DNA of 64,000 bases from Alphaproteobacteria bacterium (GCA_964291215.2 OZ219791.1:1120001-1184000), one strand, 5' to 3'; positions 11,889 through 24,804 are shown, counted from the first letter of the stretch. The notes: generated by a model from the letters alone, not told the origin. Numbers and translations: made by a program.

Positions 11889-11897
11889 ACAGCTCAT

Positions 11898-11950
11898 AGC
11901 GCCGATTTGAGCGACAGCTTGCGGGCGCTCTACAAGTGCGGCTAAAGCGT
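11898..11950 (+). ncRNA. SAM-II (SAM_alpha) riboswitch
   Basis: AGCGCC-GATTTG...GC-TTGC-GGGCGCT...GCTAAAG: P1 stem plus the conserved GAUUU, UUGC and GCUAAA elements, directly upstream of metH. Confidence 0.85.
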
Positions 11951-11953
11951 TAG

Positions 11954-11988
11954 GCCCGTCCGGCGCAAGCTGCGGCGGGCATTTTCTT
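11954..11988 (+). terminator. Possible intrinsic terminator / riboswitch expression platform
   Basis: GCCCG...CGGGC stem followed by ATTTTCTT, between the aptamer and the metH SD. Confidence 0.5.
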
Positions 11989-12011
11989 GGGGCGGGTAAC
12001 GGAGGCAAGGC

Positions 12012-15000
12012 GTGGCGGCAGCACGGCGGCTACGAACCGGGAGGCGCGAGAAAGACCGGCGCGGTCCCCGGATTGCCGCGCTCGAGTCGGCTGCAGCCGT
12101 GCACGTGCTGGTGCTGGACGGGGCCATGGGCACCATGATCCAGCGCCATGAGTTGGGTGAAGCCGACTTTCGTGGCACGCTCCATGCCGATCACGAGCAC
12201 GAACTCGTCGGCAACAACGATGTGCTCTCTCTCACTCGGCCGGAGATCATCCGCGACATCCACGCCGACTTCCTCGAAGCCGGCGCCGACATCGTCACCA
12301 CCAATACCTTCAATGCGAACCGCGTGTCGCAGGAGGATTACGGCCTTTCCAGCGCGGTGCGCGACCTCAATCTCGCCAGCGCCCGGATCGCGCGCGAGGC
12401 TGCTGACGCCGCGGCCAGCGCCGAGCGGCCCCGCTTCGTCGCTGGCGTGCTGGGGCCAACCAACAAGACCCTTTCGGTCTCGCCGGACGTGAACGACCCG
12501 GGAAAGCGCGCGATCGACTTCGCCACGCTCGGCGCTGCCTACCGCGAGGCGGCGGAAGCCCTGATAGAGGGCGGCGTCGACCTCATCCTCTTGGAGACGA
12601 TCTTCGACTCGCTGAATGCCAAGGCGGCGCTGGTTGCGCTGGACGAGATGTTCGAGGCCACCGGGACGCGGCTGCCGATCCTCATCTCTGGCACGGTCAC
12701 CGACCGCGCCGGCCGCATGCTCAACGGTCAGACGGTCGAGGGATTCTGGCTGACGATGGCCCATGCAGCGCCGTTCAGCATTGGGCTCAACTGCTCCTTC
12801 GGGGCGGCCGACATGCGCCCGCACCTCGCCGACTTGGCGCGGGTCGCCGAGACGCGAATCAGCGCCTATCCCAATGCGGGGCTTCCCAACGAGTTTGGCG
12901 GCTATGACGAAACCCCTGAGGAAACCGCTGCGCAGTTGGGCGACTGGGCCGAGGCCGGCCTCGTCAACCTGGTTGGCGGCTGTTGTGGCACTACGCCTGC
13001 GCATGTCGCCGCCATTGCTGACGCCGTCGCAGGCTATCCGCCGCGCGCCGTTTGCGCGAGCAGGCCCAGGCTCCGTCTCGCCGGTCTCGAGCCCTTCGAG
13101 AGCGGTGACGACGGCAGCAGCTTCATCAATATCGGCGAGCGCACCAACGTCACGGGTTCAGCACGATTCCGCAAGCTGATCACCGCCGGCGACTATCCGG
13201 CCGCACTGGAGGTTGCGCGCCAGCAGGTGGAAAACGGCGCCCAGATCATCGACGTCAATATGGATGAGGGCATGCTGGATTCCGAGGCCGCGATGTCCCG
13301 CTTTCTCAACCTGGTCGCGGCCGAGCCGGACATCGCGCGCGTGCCCGTGATGATCGATTCCTCGCACTGGGCCGTCATCGAGGCCGGCCTGCGAGCGGTG
13401 GTGGGAAAGCCGGTGGTCAATTCCATCAGCCTCAAGGAGGGAGAAGCGCCGTTCTTCGAACAGGCGCGGCTGGTGAAGCGTTACGGTGCGGCCGTGGTGG
13501 TCATGGCCTTCGACGAGCAGGGGCAGGCGGAGACCGCTGAACGGAAGCTCGCGATCTGCGAGCGTGCCTACCGGCTCCTTACCGAGCGGGCCGGTTTTGC
13601 CCCCGCTGATATCATTTTCGATCCCAACATTTTCGCTGTCGCCACCGGAATTGCCGACCACGACGACTACGCCCGCGCGTTCGTCGAGGCCGCGCGCCGG
13701 ATCAAGGCCAGATGGCCGCATGTCCATGTCTCGGGCGGGGTTTCGAACGTTTCCTTCGCATTCCGCGGGAACAACATTGTCCGCGAGGCGATGCACGCGG
13801 CTTTCCTCTATCACGCGATCGGCGCCGGCATGGGCATGGGTATCGTCAACGCCGGTCAGCTCGCGGTCTACGAGGATATTCCGGACCCACTCAGGGACGC
13901 AGTCGAGGATGTGCTGCTCAACCGCCGCTCCGACGCGACCGAGCGCCTGCTCGCGGTCGCTGAGCGCTACCGCGACGCGGGCGCAAATGCCGATGCCGCG
14001 AGCGGCGAGAGCGCCTGGCGCGAGCAGGATGTGGACGGCAGGCTCCGCTACGCCCTCGTGCATGGCATCGCCGATCACATCGTCGGAGACACCGAGGAGG
14101 CCCGGCAGGCAGCCAGCCGTGCGCTCGCGGTAATCGAGGGACCGCTGATGGACGGCATGAACATCGTCGGCGATCTCTTCGGCGCCGGCAAGATGTTCTT
14201 GCCGCAAGTCGTCAAGAGCGCCCGCGTCATGAAGCAGGCGGTCGCCCATCTGGTGCCCTTCATCGAGGCGGAGAAGCGCGAAGGCGGTGCGGCGCCGAAA
14301 TCCTCGGGCAAGATCGTCACTGCCACGGTCAAGGGCGACGTACACGACATCGGCAAGAACATCGTGGGAGTGGTGCTCCGCTGCAACAACTTCGAGGTCG
14401 TCGACCTCGGAGTCATGGTGCCGGCGGCGCAGATTCTCGATACCGCCAGGGAGGAGAAGGCGGACCTGATCGGGGTCTCGGGGCTGATCACGCCGAGTCT
14501 GGACCAGATGTGCCGGCTTGCCGCCGAGATGGAACGCCAGGGTTTCGACATCCCGCTCCTGATCGGCGGCGCGACCACCAGCCGCATGCACACCGCCGTA
14601 AAGATCGCGCCTGGCTACGGGGGGCCCGTGGTGCATGTGGCGGACGCGTCGAAGGCCGTGGGCGTCGCCGGAGCGCTTATCAGTGCCGAGCGGCGCCAGG
14701 CTTTCGTCGCCGATGTGCGCGAGCGCTACGACGCGATGCGCAAGGCGTACGGGCGCGGCCAGTCGGGCAAGCGGTTGCTCTCCCTGGCCGAGGCGCGCGC
14801 CAACCGGGTGCGGCCCGACTGGCGGCGTTACCGCGCGCCGGCTCCGCGCTTCACGGGGGTTCAAATCATCGCCGATGTGACGGTCGCCGATCTCATCCCC
14901 TATATCGACTGGACGCCCTTCTTCCGAAGCTGGGAACTGGTGGGTACCTACCCCGTGATCCTCGATGACGAGACGGTGGGCGATGCAGCGCGGTCGCTCT

Positions 15001-15767
15001 TCGACGACGCGCGTGTCATGCTCGACCGCATCGTGACCGAGGGCGCGTTTGCACCGCGGGCCGCCGTCGGCTTCTGGCGCGCTTGCAGCGTGGATGACGA
15101 TATCGCGCTGTTTGCGGACGACAGCCGCGAGAGTCCCATCGCCACGCTGCACACGCTGCGCCAGCAGATGGCGCGCGATCGCGAGCGTCCGAACCACGCG
15201 CTCGCGGACTTCGTCGCGCCGCAGGGATCAGGCGTGGACGACCATGTCGGCGGGTTCGCGGTTACCGTCGGTGATGGCGTGGAGCGGTTGGCGGAAAGCC
15301 ATGAGCGGGCGCACGACGATTACGGCGCCATCATGATCAAGGCCCTTGGCGACCGGCTGGCGGAGGCCTTCGCGGAGTACCTGCATAAGCGCACACGCAA
15401 GGAGTTCTGGGGCTACGCGCCCAGCGAGGCCTTGGCCAACGACGAGTTGATCGGGGAGCGTTACCGCGGCATCAGGCCGGCTCCCGGCTATCCCGCCTGT
15501 CCCGACCACAGCGAGAAGCGCACCATCTTCGCGCTGCTGGGGGCCGAGGCGCACGCTGGCCTGCAACTTACCGAAAGCTGCGCCATGTCGCCGGCGTCGT
15601 CGGTGTGCGGCCTCTATTTCAGCCACCCGGAGAGCACATATTTCGGGGTCGGCAAGCTCGGTCGCGATCAAGTTGCCGACTACGCGCGACGCAAGGGCGC
15701 CTCCCTTGAGGAAACCGAGACATGGCTCTCGCCGAATCTTGCCTACGACCCGGACTCCTCGCTCTGA
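12012..15767 (+). CDS. metH: Cobalamin-dependent methionine synthase
   Basis: [31 protein letters not shown]12-binding motif, [12 protein letters not shown]; GGAGG before the GTG start. Confidence 0.98.
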   Translation: MAAARRLRTGRREKDRRGPRIAALESAAAVHVLVLDGAMGTMIQRHELGEADFRGTLHADHEHELVGNNDVLSLTRPEIIRDIHADFLEAGADIVTTNTFNANRVSQEDYGLSSAVRDLNLASARIAREAADAAASAERPRFVAGVLGPTNKTLSVSPDVNDPGKRAIDFATLGAAYREAAEALIEGGVDLILLETIFDSLNAKAALVALDEMFEATGTRLPILISGTVTDRAGRMLNGQTVEGFWLTMAHAAPFSIGLNCSFGAADMRPHLADLARVAETRISAYPNAGLPNEFGGYDETPEETAAQLGDWAEAGLVNLVGGCCGTTPAHVAAIADAVAGYPPRAVCASRPRLRLAGLEPFESGDDGSSFINIGERTNVTGSARFRKLITAGDYPAALEVARQQVENGAQIIDVNMDEGMLDSEAAMSRFLNLVAAEPDIARVPVMIDSSHWAVIEAGLRAVVGKPVVNSISLKEGEAPFFEQARLVKRYGAAVVVMAFDEQGQAETAERKLAICERAYRLLTERAGFAPADIIFDPNIFAVATGIADHDDYARAFVEAARRIKARWPHVHVSGGVSNVSFAFRGNNIVREAMHAAFLYHAIGAGMGMGIVNAGQLAVYEDIPDPLRDAVEDVLLNRRSDATERLLAVAERYRDAGANADAASGESAWREQDVDGRLRYALVHGIADHIVGDTEEARQAASRALAVIEGPLMDGMNIVGDLFGAGKMFLPQVVKSARVMKQAVAHLVPFIEAEKREGGAAPKSSGKIVTATVKGDVHDIGKNIVGVVLRCNNFEVVDLGVMVPAAQILDTAREEKADLIGVSGLITPSLDQMCRLAAEMERQGFDIPLLIGGATTSRMHTAVKIAPGYGGPVVHVADASKAVGVAGALISAERRQAFVADVRERYDAMRKAYGRGQSGKRLLSLAEARANRVRPDWRRYRAPAPRFTGVQIIADVTVADLIPYIDWTPFFRSWELVGTYPVILDDETVGDAARSLFDDARVMLDRIVTEGAFAPRAAVGFWRACSVDDDIALFADDSRESPIATLHTLRQQMARDRERPNHALADFVAPQGSGVDDHVGGFAVTVGDGVERLAESHERAHDDYGAIMIKALGDRLAEAFAEYLHKRTRKEFWGYAPSEALANDELIGERYRGIRPAPGYPACPDHSEKRTIFALLGAEAHAGLQLTESCAMSPASSVCGLYFSHPESTYFGVGKLGRDQVADYARRKGASLEETETWLSPNLAYDPDSSL

Positions 15768-15845
15768 TCCGGGAGGGGCCGACAGCCCGGGGTTGCGGGA
15801 TGGTTTCGGCGCGGTTTCCGACACCGTCCATAGATTGACGATCCT

Positions 15846-16060
15846 CTATCCCGCTGCATCGACACTTTTGTTTACCAACAGCCGCCAGTCCTTCGACTGC
15901 AGCGCGCCCACGGTATCCGCGCCGGGCAGGAGCTTGGTATAGTAGCGCGCAGGCTGTCGCACATGTTCCTTGAGCAGCACCGCCCTGTTTTTGGCTCCGA
16001 CATGCTCCAGGAGATAGCCGAGACGTTGCGCCCAGAGTACTGGTGCGGACTGCGAAGACT
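15846..16060 (-). pseudogene. C-terminal remnant of an AbiEi-type (type IV TA) antitoxin
   Basis: AQRLGYLLE...LLP...DWRLLVN; N-terminus missing next to an IS end. Confidence 0.6.
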
Positions 16061-16119
16061 CGACGGCTGTTCTCTTCATGGGGCTTGCACCTTCATCGAG
16101 AGTTTCGAGACGACTCTCC

Positions 16120-17907
16120 CGCCCTAGAGTTTTTTTGAGACACCGCCTAAGTTGATCCAAATGAGGCTATGCATCGGACCGACGAGAGGCATCGCGTGAA
16201 AAAGAGGACTCCGCCCGCTGTTCCGCTCTGCGGTGTGACCCGCCTGATACAGCCCGAGGGCTGGGTTGATTTATGATAACCATGTGAGGAACCCATTGTT
16301 CGGAGTTCGGAAGATGACGATAGCACGGTCTGCTGGCGAGGTCCTTGAGAATCGCGTGACGCTTAAGTGTCTGGACCGGCTGTACCTCAACGCCTATGTG
16401 CCGATGCTGCAGACGGGCGGTGGCGTGGCCTGGTTCTTTCGGGAAGTCAGGGGCAATCCTGTTCCGTCATCGGCCCTGATGGCGCCGATAACACGGCGGT
16501 TTGTGATGCACCTGGAGCGGTTTGCCCGGGACCAAGGTGTCGACCTTGTCAGCTTCAGGAAGGGGGAGCGCAAGGACGATGTGACACAGAAGTATTTTTG
16601 CCTGTGGTCTGGTGGTGAAGGTTTCCTTTACAGTCGGCAAGGCCCAGGAGAAGGCCCGTGTCCTGCGCACGCAGAAGCGCGTTGATTCGGCGACGGGCAG
16701 GGCGTCTTGCGAACTGGTCCACAGCACGGCGATGGTCAATGCCTGGTACATCTACATCGTGGACGACGATTTCGGTCCCTGCTTCATCAAGTTCTGTTCC
16801 TACTTCCCGTACAACGCCAAGCTGTTCCTCAATGGTCACGAATACCTGAAGCTGGGCAAGTGCGGGGTGGCCTTCGAGGCTCTCGACAACGGCATCCTGA
16901 GCTGTGCCGACCCTCGGATCATGCAGGCCGGGGAGATCGATGCCTCACGGTGCGTTGTCCGCAAGTGGACGGCATGGCTTCCCCATCCTTTCACCGACGA
17001 GGACGCGATGAGGGGCATCCGCCTGTCGATTCTCCAAGCGGAGTGTGCGCTCACACAGGTGTTTGACTTGTCCTCTTCACGGCCGGATCGAGAAGATCAT
17101 GCGCGAGAACCTCGACATCGGCCGTCTCGACCATGTGCAGTTGATCTTCAACCGCCGTAGGCGGACCACCTCGCGGTTCAGAATCCGCATTATCACCGAC
17201 GGCGTACAGCCGTCGCTGCATGTGGAGCATTCGCGTATCAAGCAGTACTTCAAGGAAGGCCGTGCCGCCCTGCGAACGGAGATGGTGATCAAAACACCTA
17301 CGACTTCGGTATCAAGCGCAGACTGATCAACCTCGATGACCTCAAGGAGGTCGGCTTCCACACCACCCGACGCCTTCTCGACATCCAGCGTATTAGTCAC
17401 GATTGTCCGATCGGAGCAACCATCCTCGATGCCCTGCATCAATCTGTCGTCGTTAACGACCACCGGGTGTCTGCCCTGCGCTTCGGGGGTCCACGCATCC
17501 AGGCGGTCCTCGCAGCCATCCTGCTGCATGTCTTCCTCCCCATGAGCTTCAACAACCGCTAGATGAGAGAGTTCGTTGCCGATCTCCTGTCGACCGACAC
17601 TTATGGCTCACCACCTATTACCTGCGGCGCCTGCGGGGCATCATTAAGAGGATACCGTCATCGCTATCGTCTGACGCAAACCGGGCAGAGGATCGCTCTT
17701 GCGTATTGCCGCATCCACCGGCAGACACTCAGCCCTGACGGCGGCCTTCGATGACAAGGTGCCGCCCAGGCTCGGACGTATCCTCCACTCGCTCGATCAC
17801 GAGGTCAGCAAACTCTGGGAGGGACAGGCCCTTGCCGCCTGAATATGTCCATGATGAAGACTTGGCTTATCTGTGCACTATTAGCTTCATTCAAGGATTC
17901 TAGGGCG
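16120..17907 (+). mobile_element. Decayed IS of an unclassified (ISNCY-like) family with a frameshifted transposase
   Basis: Fragments CLDRLYLNAY, YIVDDDFGPCFIKFCSYFPYNAKLFLNGHE, RIKQYFKEGR.LRTE and RYRLT in shifting frames; IRs CGCCCTAGAGTTTTTTTGA / TCAAGGATTCTAGGGCG. Confidence 0.7.
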
Positions 17908-18489
17908 CTACAGGATCCAGAAAGCGCAGCCCTCCTGCCATCGTGGTGAAAGGAGAGACCGGGGCGGTCAGAGCCTTAACCTGTACGGTCACGATGTCCA
18001 GATCGTGGTACTTCTGGTGCAGGCGGAGCGAGACTTCCCGCCTAGCTGCCCGGTCTCGTCGGCCTGCGCGACCACCTCGATTATCTGCTCATTTGCTTCT
18101 GCTACAGCTCCCTTGCCGAGCGAAGGCAGGTCACAGCCACCAACGCCACCGAACGAAAGTTATGGAAGGCTCGAAGACAAACTTGGCCCATGGGCACCTC
18201 CCAGGACAAGGCCTCAACAGACCGCTTTCCCTGCGCGGTCGCCATCTTCGAAGCCAAAGCTTAGGAAAGCATTCCCCCGTCTCCCCGACGCATCAGTCCT
18301 GACGTTCCGACCAAGGTGATCCCATGCTTGTTGATGTGATGTGATCGGAGTCCTGATCGCGGCGCGGGTCGACGCGTTCGAGGCTGCGATTTTGAGATTG
18401 CTGACGCGCTGTTGCGGCGCGGGGCGCGATTGGTCGGCGTATCCGGGGCGAGCAAGAGGCCTTGGTTGCCGGGCTTGAAAGCTTGCGGT

Positions 18490-18765
18490 TTCTGTCGGGG
18501 AGAGAGGCGCGGTCAGCCTGGTCTTGTGATTGCGTGCAGGACCTGCTTGCGCTTGTCGGCATGGTGGGAAGCTGTTGAAGGGTTTGGGCAGCTTGCGCTT
18601 GTTGTGGATGATGATTGCGAGGGTGATCGCGTTGTTTGCGGGCGCGTTCGGAGCATGGAGTCGTCTTCGCGGAAGGTGGCGTCGCGGACATGATGATGGC
18701 TCTCGACTACCCGGTGTCCACGATTCCATGCGAGCAACTGTTGCGGCGAGGCGCGCTCGACCGAG
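18490..18765 (-). pseudogene. ISAs1 transposase 3' fragment
   Basis: LLAWNRGHRVVESHHHVRDATFRED, matching the ISAs1 HW.IEN..H..D..F.ED signature. Confidence 0.75.
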
Positions 18766-19945
18766 CATCCATGTTTCTTGGCAAGGTTTTTGCGGGTGTC
18801 TGTGGTGATGTTTTCTGTGGTTGTCCACAAGCGGTGTGGGATTTGCTCTGCGAGCGAGGCGACATGAAGCTTGTGGTCCCGGCGGCGGGTTGCCGTCCAT
18901 TGGTCACGTGAACGCGGCTACCTTGCCGTCCCCGGGCACGTGACCGTCCGGGTTCCAGGTGTCCCAAGGCGGTTCGATCTCCTCGATGTCGACCTCGACG
19001 ATGATCTGCAGACATTCTCCCCAAGTCGTGTCGTAGAGGGAGACTGTCGAGACAGTCCCGATCGCGCTCTCGGCAGGGCCGTGTCTCCTTCGCTCACTCA
19101 CCGGTGCTTCGGTCGACAAGCAACGCTGCTGTCGCAGCAAGGTGTTCGCCAGAGCTTGCGCATCACGGCGACAATCGCGACCTTGCTTGCCGGCGGTCTT
19201 GAGGCGCACCAGGTCCGCGTTGAAGCTTGCGGCCAGGAGATCACGTGGCCTGCCCGCCACGGATGTGCCGAGCACCGTGGTCGTTGGCGCCACCCCGATC
19301 AAGGCTGCCGACGCTGCCGAGTTCGGGCATCCAGCAAAGAAAAGCCGTGGCGGTCACCGGATCGAGGTCAGGATGGCGTAGCTCTGCTCGGGATCACCGG
19401 CGATCACCGCTTTGATCGCCGCGCCGGCGGTCATCGAGATCGGCCGCCGAGGCCCTTGTGACGGTCTCGCCATCCACCTCATCTGCCACGCGTCGACAAG
19501 CGCGGCACCAGGAGATCCTCCAGGCTCTTGAGGAAGGCGGAGCCACAGGCTCACCGTGCCGATCCTGGCGTCGACGCGGTTGGCCCATCGCCTCGGCGAA
19601 GCGCCCGCAACGGGTTGACGAGAATAACCTCGAAGCCCCGGTCATGAAGACACTGGTGAACCTTGCGGTGATAGCGGCCTGTCGCCCACCACCCGGCTCA
19701 CCCCGAGGCCGCGAAGCCACCTGCCCGTGGCGTTGTTCGCAAAACAATGCGCCAGATGTCCAGACTGGCTGACCCCTGCTACTACCTTGACCATCGTCCC
19801 TTGCTCCTCGCCTTACGATGGGTTCAAACCCAGGCGTCCAGCGAGGGACGTCAAGGGAGGTTGCCAAACTCGGTCGCGGCTCTGTCAAGGCCAAGGTCAA
19901 AACGGCAACCTCCGCGGAGATCGTTTGATCCCCGCTCCCCTGTGC
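18762..19945. repeat. Dispersed duplicated segment, copy 1 (element end + small-ORF remnant + IS110 5' part)
   Basis: Aligns by eye with 25910-27460 from GAGCATCCATGTTT to GATCCCCGC, with many indels. Confidence 0.8.
19150..19945 (-). mobile_element. IS110-family remnant, copy 1
   Basis: ILTSI, VGATP and AASFNADL fragments; structured 5' non-coding region. Confidence 0.7.
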
Positions 19946-20059
19946 ATGTTCGCTCAGGGGAGTGGAATCTCTCTGCAACCATAGCTCTCCCACAGATCCA
20001 CATTTTCCCGCCCCCAACTGCTGTGGATGATTTCATCATCAAGGGGACAAAACCTAGTC

Positions 20060-21583
20060 GTATCTACTCACCCCTTGTTGGGTTCTGATTGGCCATAGTG
20101 CTCGTTGATGATGTCTGCGGCTTTTCCGTCGAGGGCGATCTGGGTGGCGACGAGTGGGTTGTAGCCGAGTGCGGCCATGGAGGTGAGGTAGCTTGAGCCC
20201 CGGCACCATGCTTTCGCGTGGAGCGGAAGCATCCGGACACCTTGAGCTTTGCCATCCTGATCTTCTGTTCTCCGGCATTGTTGGTGAAGCTGATGTCGGG
20301 GTCGTCTGTGAAGCGCAGGTTTTCGTGTTTCACGAGACGTTCGTGCAGGTTGTGCGCGTCGGACTTGCGTCCACGTTTTCCTTTCGGCGGGATGTCGGGC
20401 AGTTCCCTGGCACCCTGATGGTGCGGTAGCGCTTGCGCACGGCCCGGCGTCGTTCAGGGTTCTGGATGCGCTCTTGTTGACCTTGTGGCAGACCTCGCGG
20501 AGCAGGCCCTTCATCAGTCGCGCGGTAGCCTCGACGACAAAGGTCAGTTCGCGCAGCAGGTGGCTGCCGCACAGCTGGTGGCTACACTGGCCCATGTACG
20601 AGGCCCAGGACGCCCTTGTAGCACGGGCCGATCTCTTGCCCGCGCTTGCGGTGCGGGAACTTGCACGTCAGGGTCCCACGACATGGAGCCACTTACTGTT
20701 GATCCGAAATCGTCGACATCGGGCGTTGCAGGAGGTGCGCCACGGCGGCCTCCTCCCATGACGCATCGTGAAAGCATAGCCGAGGCAGGTTGCCTCGGAG
20801 AGCTTGATGCCGGAGATCGCCTGCACGAACGCGACGGTACGGCGCAGGGGCAGCATTTGGGCGACCAGCAGGTTGATGACGAGGACCTGAATGCCGATGC
20901 CGTACTGCACGGGATGTTGTCGGGGAACTGGCCCCGGGCCTTGCACTTCGGGCATTCCTTGATCTCGGCGCGGCGCTCGACGACCTCGAACACGATGTCG
21001 TGCGGCGCTCCCGATCGACGGGGCCGTCGATGTCAGCGCCGCAGGCGTCGCAGGCCGCGACCGTTTCCTCGACGATGGTCTTGCGCAGGTTGTCGCCCAT
21101 CTGCCGGTTCGGCTTCGGGCCCTTGCCGTTGCTTCCGGCACGCTCTCGTCCTTGTCCGTCTGTGACGGCGGCAGACCGGAGTTCCGGCTCGTGCGTAGTC
21201 TTCTCCAGAAGGACGACGATGAGGATGTCGAGCAGGATGACGAAGACGCGGATCACGGCCTCTTCCGCCACCTTGCCGGCAGCGCCGCGATCCTGGCCGC
21301 TTCGAACTCCTCGCGCGCCGCCCGTCGCTATCACCCGGCCTTGCGCTTCATCAGCGCGCCGCCTCCGAGATGCGTTTCCACATACAGATCATGCGGAGGC
21401 TGGAGCCCCGGAAGCAGCTGGCACAGCCCGCTCGTCGCCTTCGATCCAAAGTAGCCCACTGGCGGTCCCCGTCGTTCTCGATGACCACCACTAAGCGAAT
21501 CGGCATGCAGTGTCAAATCTCCACGAAAACCCGTTCGTTGCTCTACCCCGACATCAAGCCGGAACCAGGGGGTGAGCAGTTAC
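20060..21583 (-). mobile_element. IS66-family element, copy A, degenerate transposase
   Basis: TIRs GTAACTGCTCACCCC / GTATCTACTCACCCC; perfect 8-bp TSD ACCTAGTC; HQLCGSHLLREL and FTNNAGEQKIRMAK.KVSGCFRS motifs. Confidence 0.93.
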
Positions 21584-21591
21584 ACCTAGTC

Positions 21592-22790
21592 ATATAAGGT
21601 CATGGCGTGTTCGGTTTTCCTGAATTCGACGTGCCGGGTGACGCGGAAGATCTGCTTGACTAGTTGATCATCTTCGCCAGCGGGGTGAAAATGGTGCGCT
21701 GGCGGCCATGCGCGGGCTTTTCGTTGTAGCGCTGGCGGTCTTCCAGTTGATGCTCTCTCGAAGGTGCGTTGCCCTTGACCATCAGTCCGCGCGATGGGTC
21801 TCGATGATCAGCCGCGCGGGTGGTGTGGAGCGCGTCGAGGGTGAGCAGACGGCCGTCGCGGCGTGGACGGCAGCGATCTCCCCGCCGTGACAGTTGAGGA
21901 TCGAATACCGGCCAGCGAGACCGTCTCGTAATGATCCTCGCCGGTGCGCTTGCCGTCGACCGCGTTGCCGACCTGCGGCTGCGCGCCGCGTCCTCAATCC
22001 ATCCCGGGTCGGTGTTCTGCAGCACCCGGTGCACGGTGGAGACCGGCTTGTCCCTGTTCTTCCACGCTGCTCCAGCTCCTTCTGCGTCGTAGTGCGCCGC
22101 CGCAACCGCGCCGGTTCGCAAGCCGCGCCATCACGCACAGTACCGAGGCGATGCCCCTGCGCGCGCCGGAAAGCGCCGCTGATAAATCGAGCGCAACTCC
22201 TGCGCCGACCAGCGGCGCCCGCAACTCCCACGCCACAGGAAGCGGCGAACGATCCCGCGTCACGACGCAGCGGAAACACGTAAAGATCCTTCGCCTTCCC
22301 GTGCCGATCGGTATAGCGCCCGCTGGCGCGCGCATGGCTCCTGCCAACGCACTCCCGGTTCGCCGCCTTGTCCATGGTGCCGCTGAACTTCGTCGGCGAG
22401 ACAAACTTCTCCGCAACAAGCAACGGCAGCCTCCCGGTCGCCGCCGCAACATCCGCGACAACGCAAACGAGGCCCGGAAACACTCGGCGACCACCAGGAA
22501 CAACAAACCTCGTGTTGTTCCCGGCAACCACCTGAACTGTTCCTCGCGGCACCAGCCAATCCAGCGGTCCCGCAGCCGAAGGCGCCCGTCTGCCAGCCCG
22601 CAGCGCCAATCCACCGCCCGCACCAAGTGAACACGTAGCGCAGACTTCGACCGGCAAACTGCTTGAAACCAAGATACGGTCAACGACATGATTCCAGCGA
22701 CATCAGGCCGCGCAAGGCGCACAACCACATCCCGGAGCGCAAAACCCTCCGGAGTCGTTTCAAAAAAATCCGCTGCCTCCACGACAACGG
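21592..22790 (-). pseudogene. ISAs1 element, 5' part: DUF4338 (DruA-like) region plus ISAs1 transposase fragments
   Basis: RDRWIGW, NNTRF, KDLYVFPLRRDA; LLTLDALHT, VKGN, HGR; appears to continue at about 18765 across a nested insertion. Confidence 0.7.
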
Positions 22791-22867
22791 ATACTACGCC
22801 GCTTCACAAAAAGCCAGCGAAAATGCGAATCATCCTGAACAAGCGAAACCGACCCTTCCAACAAACC

Positions 22868-24080
22868 TAGTAGTCTGGCATTATTAAATTGATGTATATA
22901 GAGACTTTAGTTTTGTCCGGGCATCCTTCGTCGTGAAACGCCAGTCGACGGTGACATCGGCCGCATTGCGCCGTTCCACCTACGCCGCCGTCTCCCGCCG
23001 CATGGTGTCTCTGTCGGGAATGCGTCGCCGAAGGCATTGCCGCGACAGCGCACCGATCTCGGCCATGTTGAGCCAGCTTCCGTGCTTCGGCGTGTAGCGA
23101 AACTCGAACCGCTTTCGTACCCGCCTCCTCGGGCTCGAAGGCTTCATACAGCGACTGTGCGTGTTCAGATTGTCCAGCACGATCTTCCTGTCGGGGAAAT
23201 GGTCGTCGGCAAGCTCCCGGATGAAGTGCGCCCAGTCCCGCGGCGGTCGGTGACTTTCACCGTGCGCCAGTTCTCGTTGGGCGCAAAGGCCATGAAGAGG
23301 TTGGCCGTGCCGTTGCGCTCATATTCATAGTCGACCACCTTCGGCTGACCGGGGGATGCGGGTTTCCTTCGTCTGCTGCCGGCTGGTCTCGCACACCAGC
23401 ACCTCGCCCCCGACAAAGTCCCGCTGATAAATGTCAAGCACGTCCGCCGCCACGAACTGTGCGCTCCGGTGCGGTGGAATGCACCAGTACTGCTTCAGCC
23501 ACGGCCTGATCTCTTTATTTTGAGCGTCTTCCTGACCGTCTCTTCCGAAATGCGCTCGACGATCTCCACCAGACGGCCGGCGAGCAGCGTCCACAGCCCT
23601 CGGGCGGGGACGAGACCAGCTTCGCCTCCATCGCCCCGTCCAGCCGTTTTGGCCGGCGGTTCACCTGCTCCTTGCGGCTGAGGGCGGCGTCCAGCCCCCG
23701 CAGCGCTTGCGCAAGCGCTCGACCGTCGCCGTGCCGATGCCCAGCGCAATGTCGGCATCGACAAGCGCCCCCTCAGCATCAGGATTTGTGCCCGGCGCCA
23801 GGCAGCCCCGGTGTCGTCGACAATCGCCTTCAGATCCCGGCGCTCCTGCGCCGAAAGGGTCACCCGGTAGAGTTTCCTGCCCTGAGAGTTGGCCATATGC
23901 GCCGCTCCTGTCATTGCCCCGAAGACCTGCGGGCATGCCCGTTGTCCGGACCTGCGCATGGCGCTGCGGCTGCCTGCCTGTTCGGCATCTTGCCCGTATC
24001 GGCACTGTCCGGATTCCAACGAACGCCGACACGAAAATACTACCCACCAAAACCATCAATACAATGCCGGTGTACTACTA
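22868..24080 (-). mobile_element. IS630-family element, degenerate
   Basis: DYEYERNGTANLF, DNLNTH and YTPKHGSWLNMAEI motifs; ends TAGTAGTCTGGCATT / AATGCCGGTGTACTACTA. Confidence 0.88.
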
Positions 24081-24804
24081 GCGTGGGATCGCCGTGCGTT
24101 CCCACATGACGGGGTTGCACTCGGCTGCTGTGCGAGCTATAAGTACATGCGATATGGCAGGATTGTGGTCGGCGCATGTGGCCGCAAACCTGTTGTACGG
24201 GAGGTTGAAGGCATGACCGAGACATCAGGGGATGTTGTGATGCGCGGACTGCCGTGGTCGTTCGGCTACAACGTGAGTGCCTCACGCGCGCGCGACCTTC
24301 GTACCCCCCCCCCCCCCCCCGATTTCGGACGCTGGACTGTATCGGCGGATGACCTTGGGAAAATATCCCGTCGCCTGAGCGCAAACCTCTCGGTCAGGGA
24401 GCCGGCCACGCAGGCGCACCACTTCCCTGACCTGCTTCGACGGGAACACGGCGGCTCACGCCACGCCGTCGGGTGCCGTTGCTTCAGGACCGAAGCTCTT
24501 TCACCTCAGACAACCGGGGTCGCACGGCCCTCGGCGAGCATTCGTTCCCTGGCATTCAAGCCTATGGAGCGGGATGGTTCACGCCCGCGCTGCGTCGGAA
24601 GCCACTCCATGGCAAGCCCCCCGGCGGGTTCTGACACCCCCCTCATCCATCGTCTAAAAACACATGGTCACAGCCCATCATGTGTTGCATTTCACTATGG
24701 AACGGGGGCTGGAAAATGGCATGGCGGTGACCAGTTTCGCGTATCGTCGTCATTTAGTTATCTGCAACCACGGACGACTTGTCCGTCAAAGAAAGGTGAT
24801 TTCC

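Noticed and set aside
11538-11945. IS-like end (TTTTCAGCAACCTG) and 66-aa ORF MEREHVNPEG
   Set aside because: No partner IR; the ORF overlaps the promoter and riboswitch and has no convincing motif
17940-18460. Possible further transposase debris (ATNATER...)
   Set aside because: Too degenerate to assign
24400-24575. IS200/605 end or omega-RNA remnant (…GGGATGGTTCAC)
   Set aside because: Only a faint resemblance; no TnpB, IscB or TnpA fragment recognisable
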